Shown here one piece after another: positions 62,030-64,000 of a stretch of DNA of 64,000 nt. Location of the stretch: contig NC_058373.1 in the NCBI RefSeq assembly GCF_018350175.1, forward strand, positions 115,446,001 to 115,510,000, given 5' to 3'. The notes beneath the pieces are model-generated. The model ran no database searches, was not told the DNA's origin, and saw only the letters and a program-made list of their open reading frames with translations. Numbering within the stretch: position 1 is the stretch's first letter; each line of letters starts with the position of its first letter. The stretch is from Felis catus (Eukaryota). A program made the position numbers and the translations under genes.

Positions 62030-62447
62030 GGGGCACCTGGGTGGCTCAATTGGTTAAGCATCCAACTCTTTTTTTTTTTTTAACCTTTATTCATTTTTGA
62101 GAGACAGAGACAGAGCATGAGCGGGGGAGGGGCAGAGAGAGAGGGAGACACAGAATTCGAAGCAGGCTCCAGGCCCCAGGGTCTATCAGCATAGTGCCGG
62201 ATGCGGGGCTCGAACTATGAGATCATGACCTGACCTGAAGTCGGACGCTTAACCGACTGAGCCACCCAGGCGCCCCAAGCATCCAACTCTTGATTTCGGC
62301 TCAGGTCATGATCTCACAGTTGTGAAATTGAGCCCCGTGCCGGGTTCCATACTGAGCATGAAGCCTGCTTGAGATTCTCTCCGTCTCTCCCCCTTTGCCC
62401 TCCCCCATTCCCCTCTGCTTGTGGGCATGTGTTCTCTCAATTAAAAA
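62030..62447 (+). mobile_element. Older SINEC split by a younger SINEC
   Basis: Head at 62030-62070; body resumes at 62277. Confidence 0.9.
62071..62276 (-). mobile_element. Younger SINEC nested antisense inside the older SINEC
   Basis: Perfect 15-bp TSD aagcatccaactctt at 62056-62070 and 62277-62291. Confidence 0.95.
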
Positions 62448-63726
62448 GGAGGAGGAGGAGGAAGAGGAGACCCCAGAGAATGTCTCTGTGTAGAGAAAAA
62501 GCCACTTAGACCAAGTGAGAAAGTGGCCATTTGCAAGCCAGGAAGGGGCCAAACCAGAAACCAACCCTGATGGTACCTTGACCATGAACATCTAGCTTCC
62601 AGAACTGTGAGAAAATAAGTTTCTGTTGTTTGAGCCACCTGCCTGTGGTATTGAGTTATGGTCACCAGAGCAGACTAACACAATAGCCTCAGTTTAGCCC
62701 AAGAAACTAAACTCTTCGGTCTGGTCCTCTTCTTCAGCCACTCCTCCCACGCACACTTTTCCTGCAAAATACACAGTCTCATTACTGTGATATTGACATG
62801 CAGCTCCGGTGCACAGCCACACACTCTCTAAGTCGTATAAGTGACAGTGCCCTGGGCCACCTACTGCTCAACGCTTTCCCATTTCTCCTAAACAACTGCA
62901 ATGTCAACAACATAATAATTGCGAATCTACGAGGCAGTGTGATGCATAAATTAGAGCAGTTATGTATTTTAGTCCCTCCCAAACTCTAAAGAACAGTATC
63001 TTAAGTATGTAACCAAGTGAAAAATACAAGTCGTAAGTACCTGAGGTGACACAGTCAAGGTCACCCTGCCATAATATGAGAGCAGATCTTCACAAATAAT
63101 AAACCACTCTCTGCTCTCAATCGCGTCTCCCTACAGCATTATTAACCTGCCTGGAATGAATGCCCTCATCTGTCTTTATGGTTAACGATGCCTGGTCCTT
63201 CAAAACTTGTCCACCCCATCTGAATCTCGGTGCTTTTCCTGAATGCCCCCAAACCACCCTGTTCTAACCTCAGCTATAATCCTGAGCTTTCAGGGGGAAG
63301 ATAGTTAAAACTGGAGTCTCTGTTTTAAGGTCCTTTCTCAGTTACCATGGCAGGGGGCAGCTAGCTAAAATCTTTGAGTTGGTGAAATGATTTTCTCTTT
63401 TGTTTGATTTTTTTTGAAATGAACCAAGATTAAAACAAAAATATCTCCTCAATAACAGTAACTATTCTTCTTGCTAATGTTTGAAACTCTATCCAAGCAT
63501 CACTTCTGTTTGGAAAAAATCCCCAACTTCTTTGTTCGTAACATACTGCTTTAGAATCTAATGCTGCTGCTTCCTATATCCATCCTAGCACATATCCCTA
63601 CCAGGAAATAATCAATTCTCATGTCTACTCCTTCTGCTAGACCAGGAGCCACCAACTTGAGGCTTAGAATATCTTCCAAACCTGAATGAGGGCAGTTGTA
63701 GGAAAGCATTTAAAGGGTGTATGAAA

Positions 63727-63950
63727 GGGGCACCGGGGTGGCTCAGTTGGTTAAGCATCAACTTGGGCTCGGGTCATGATCTCACGGTTTGTCAGTGGGA
63801 GCCCTGCAGTGAGTCCCGCATCAAGCCCCACATCGAGCCCCATGTCGGGCTCTGTGCTCATTTGTGTGAAGCCTGCTTGGGACTCTCTCTCCTTCTCTGT
63901 AGCCCTTCCACCCTCTCTCTCTTTCTCAAGGTAAATAAACTTAAGAAAAA
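63727..63950 (+). mobile_element. SINEC with an internal 4x12-bp amplification
   Basis: ggggcaccggggtggctcag head, TSD taaaggg(t/a)gtatga. Confidence 0.9.
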
Positions 63951-64000
63951 TAAAGGGAGTATGAGAGATACTGAGATCTTTATGTAGGAAGAATTATGCA

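Larger units (their letters stand above)
61865..62682 (+). mobile_element. MLT1-family (MaLR) solo LTR, interrupted by nested SINECs
   Basis: aatgtgactgtatttgaagatgg...ctggtgtccttataagaagagga / ccagaactgtgagaaaataagtttctgttg...cagactaacaca. Confidence 0.85.

Overview
This is mammalian genomic DNA, most likely from a cat or other felid, judged by the carnivore tRNA-derived SINEC elements and a young L1 with a cat-type 3' end. The window holds the 3' two-thirds of SMOC1 (SPARC-related modular calcium-binding protein 1) on the + strand. Nine coding exons (exons 4-12 in recalled human numbering) splice at GT-AG junctions into one uninterrupted frame of 930 nt including the stop. A ~2.1 kb 3' UTR follows, with AATAAA at 56392. 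The rest is intronic and intergenic sequence with SINEC, L1, L2, MIR, MLT and MER repeats and microsatellites. I see no CRISPR array, RNA gene or new gene system. The most notable observations are: (1) a 179-bp, ~97% identical inverted duplication in intron 7; (2) a composite L1 insertion that looks like a 3' transduction and reused a SINE's target site; (3) a SMOC1 cassette exon I recall as coding in mouse that here has an in-frame stop and a broken splice donor; (4) in-frame alternative acceptors at exons 6 and 12. Repeat family names and orthologue comparisons are from memory, not from database searches.
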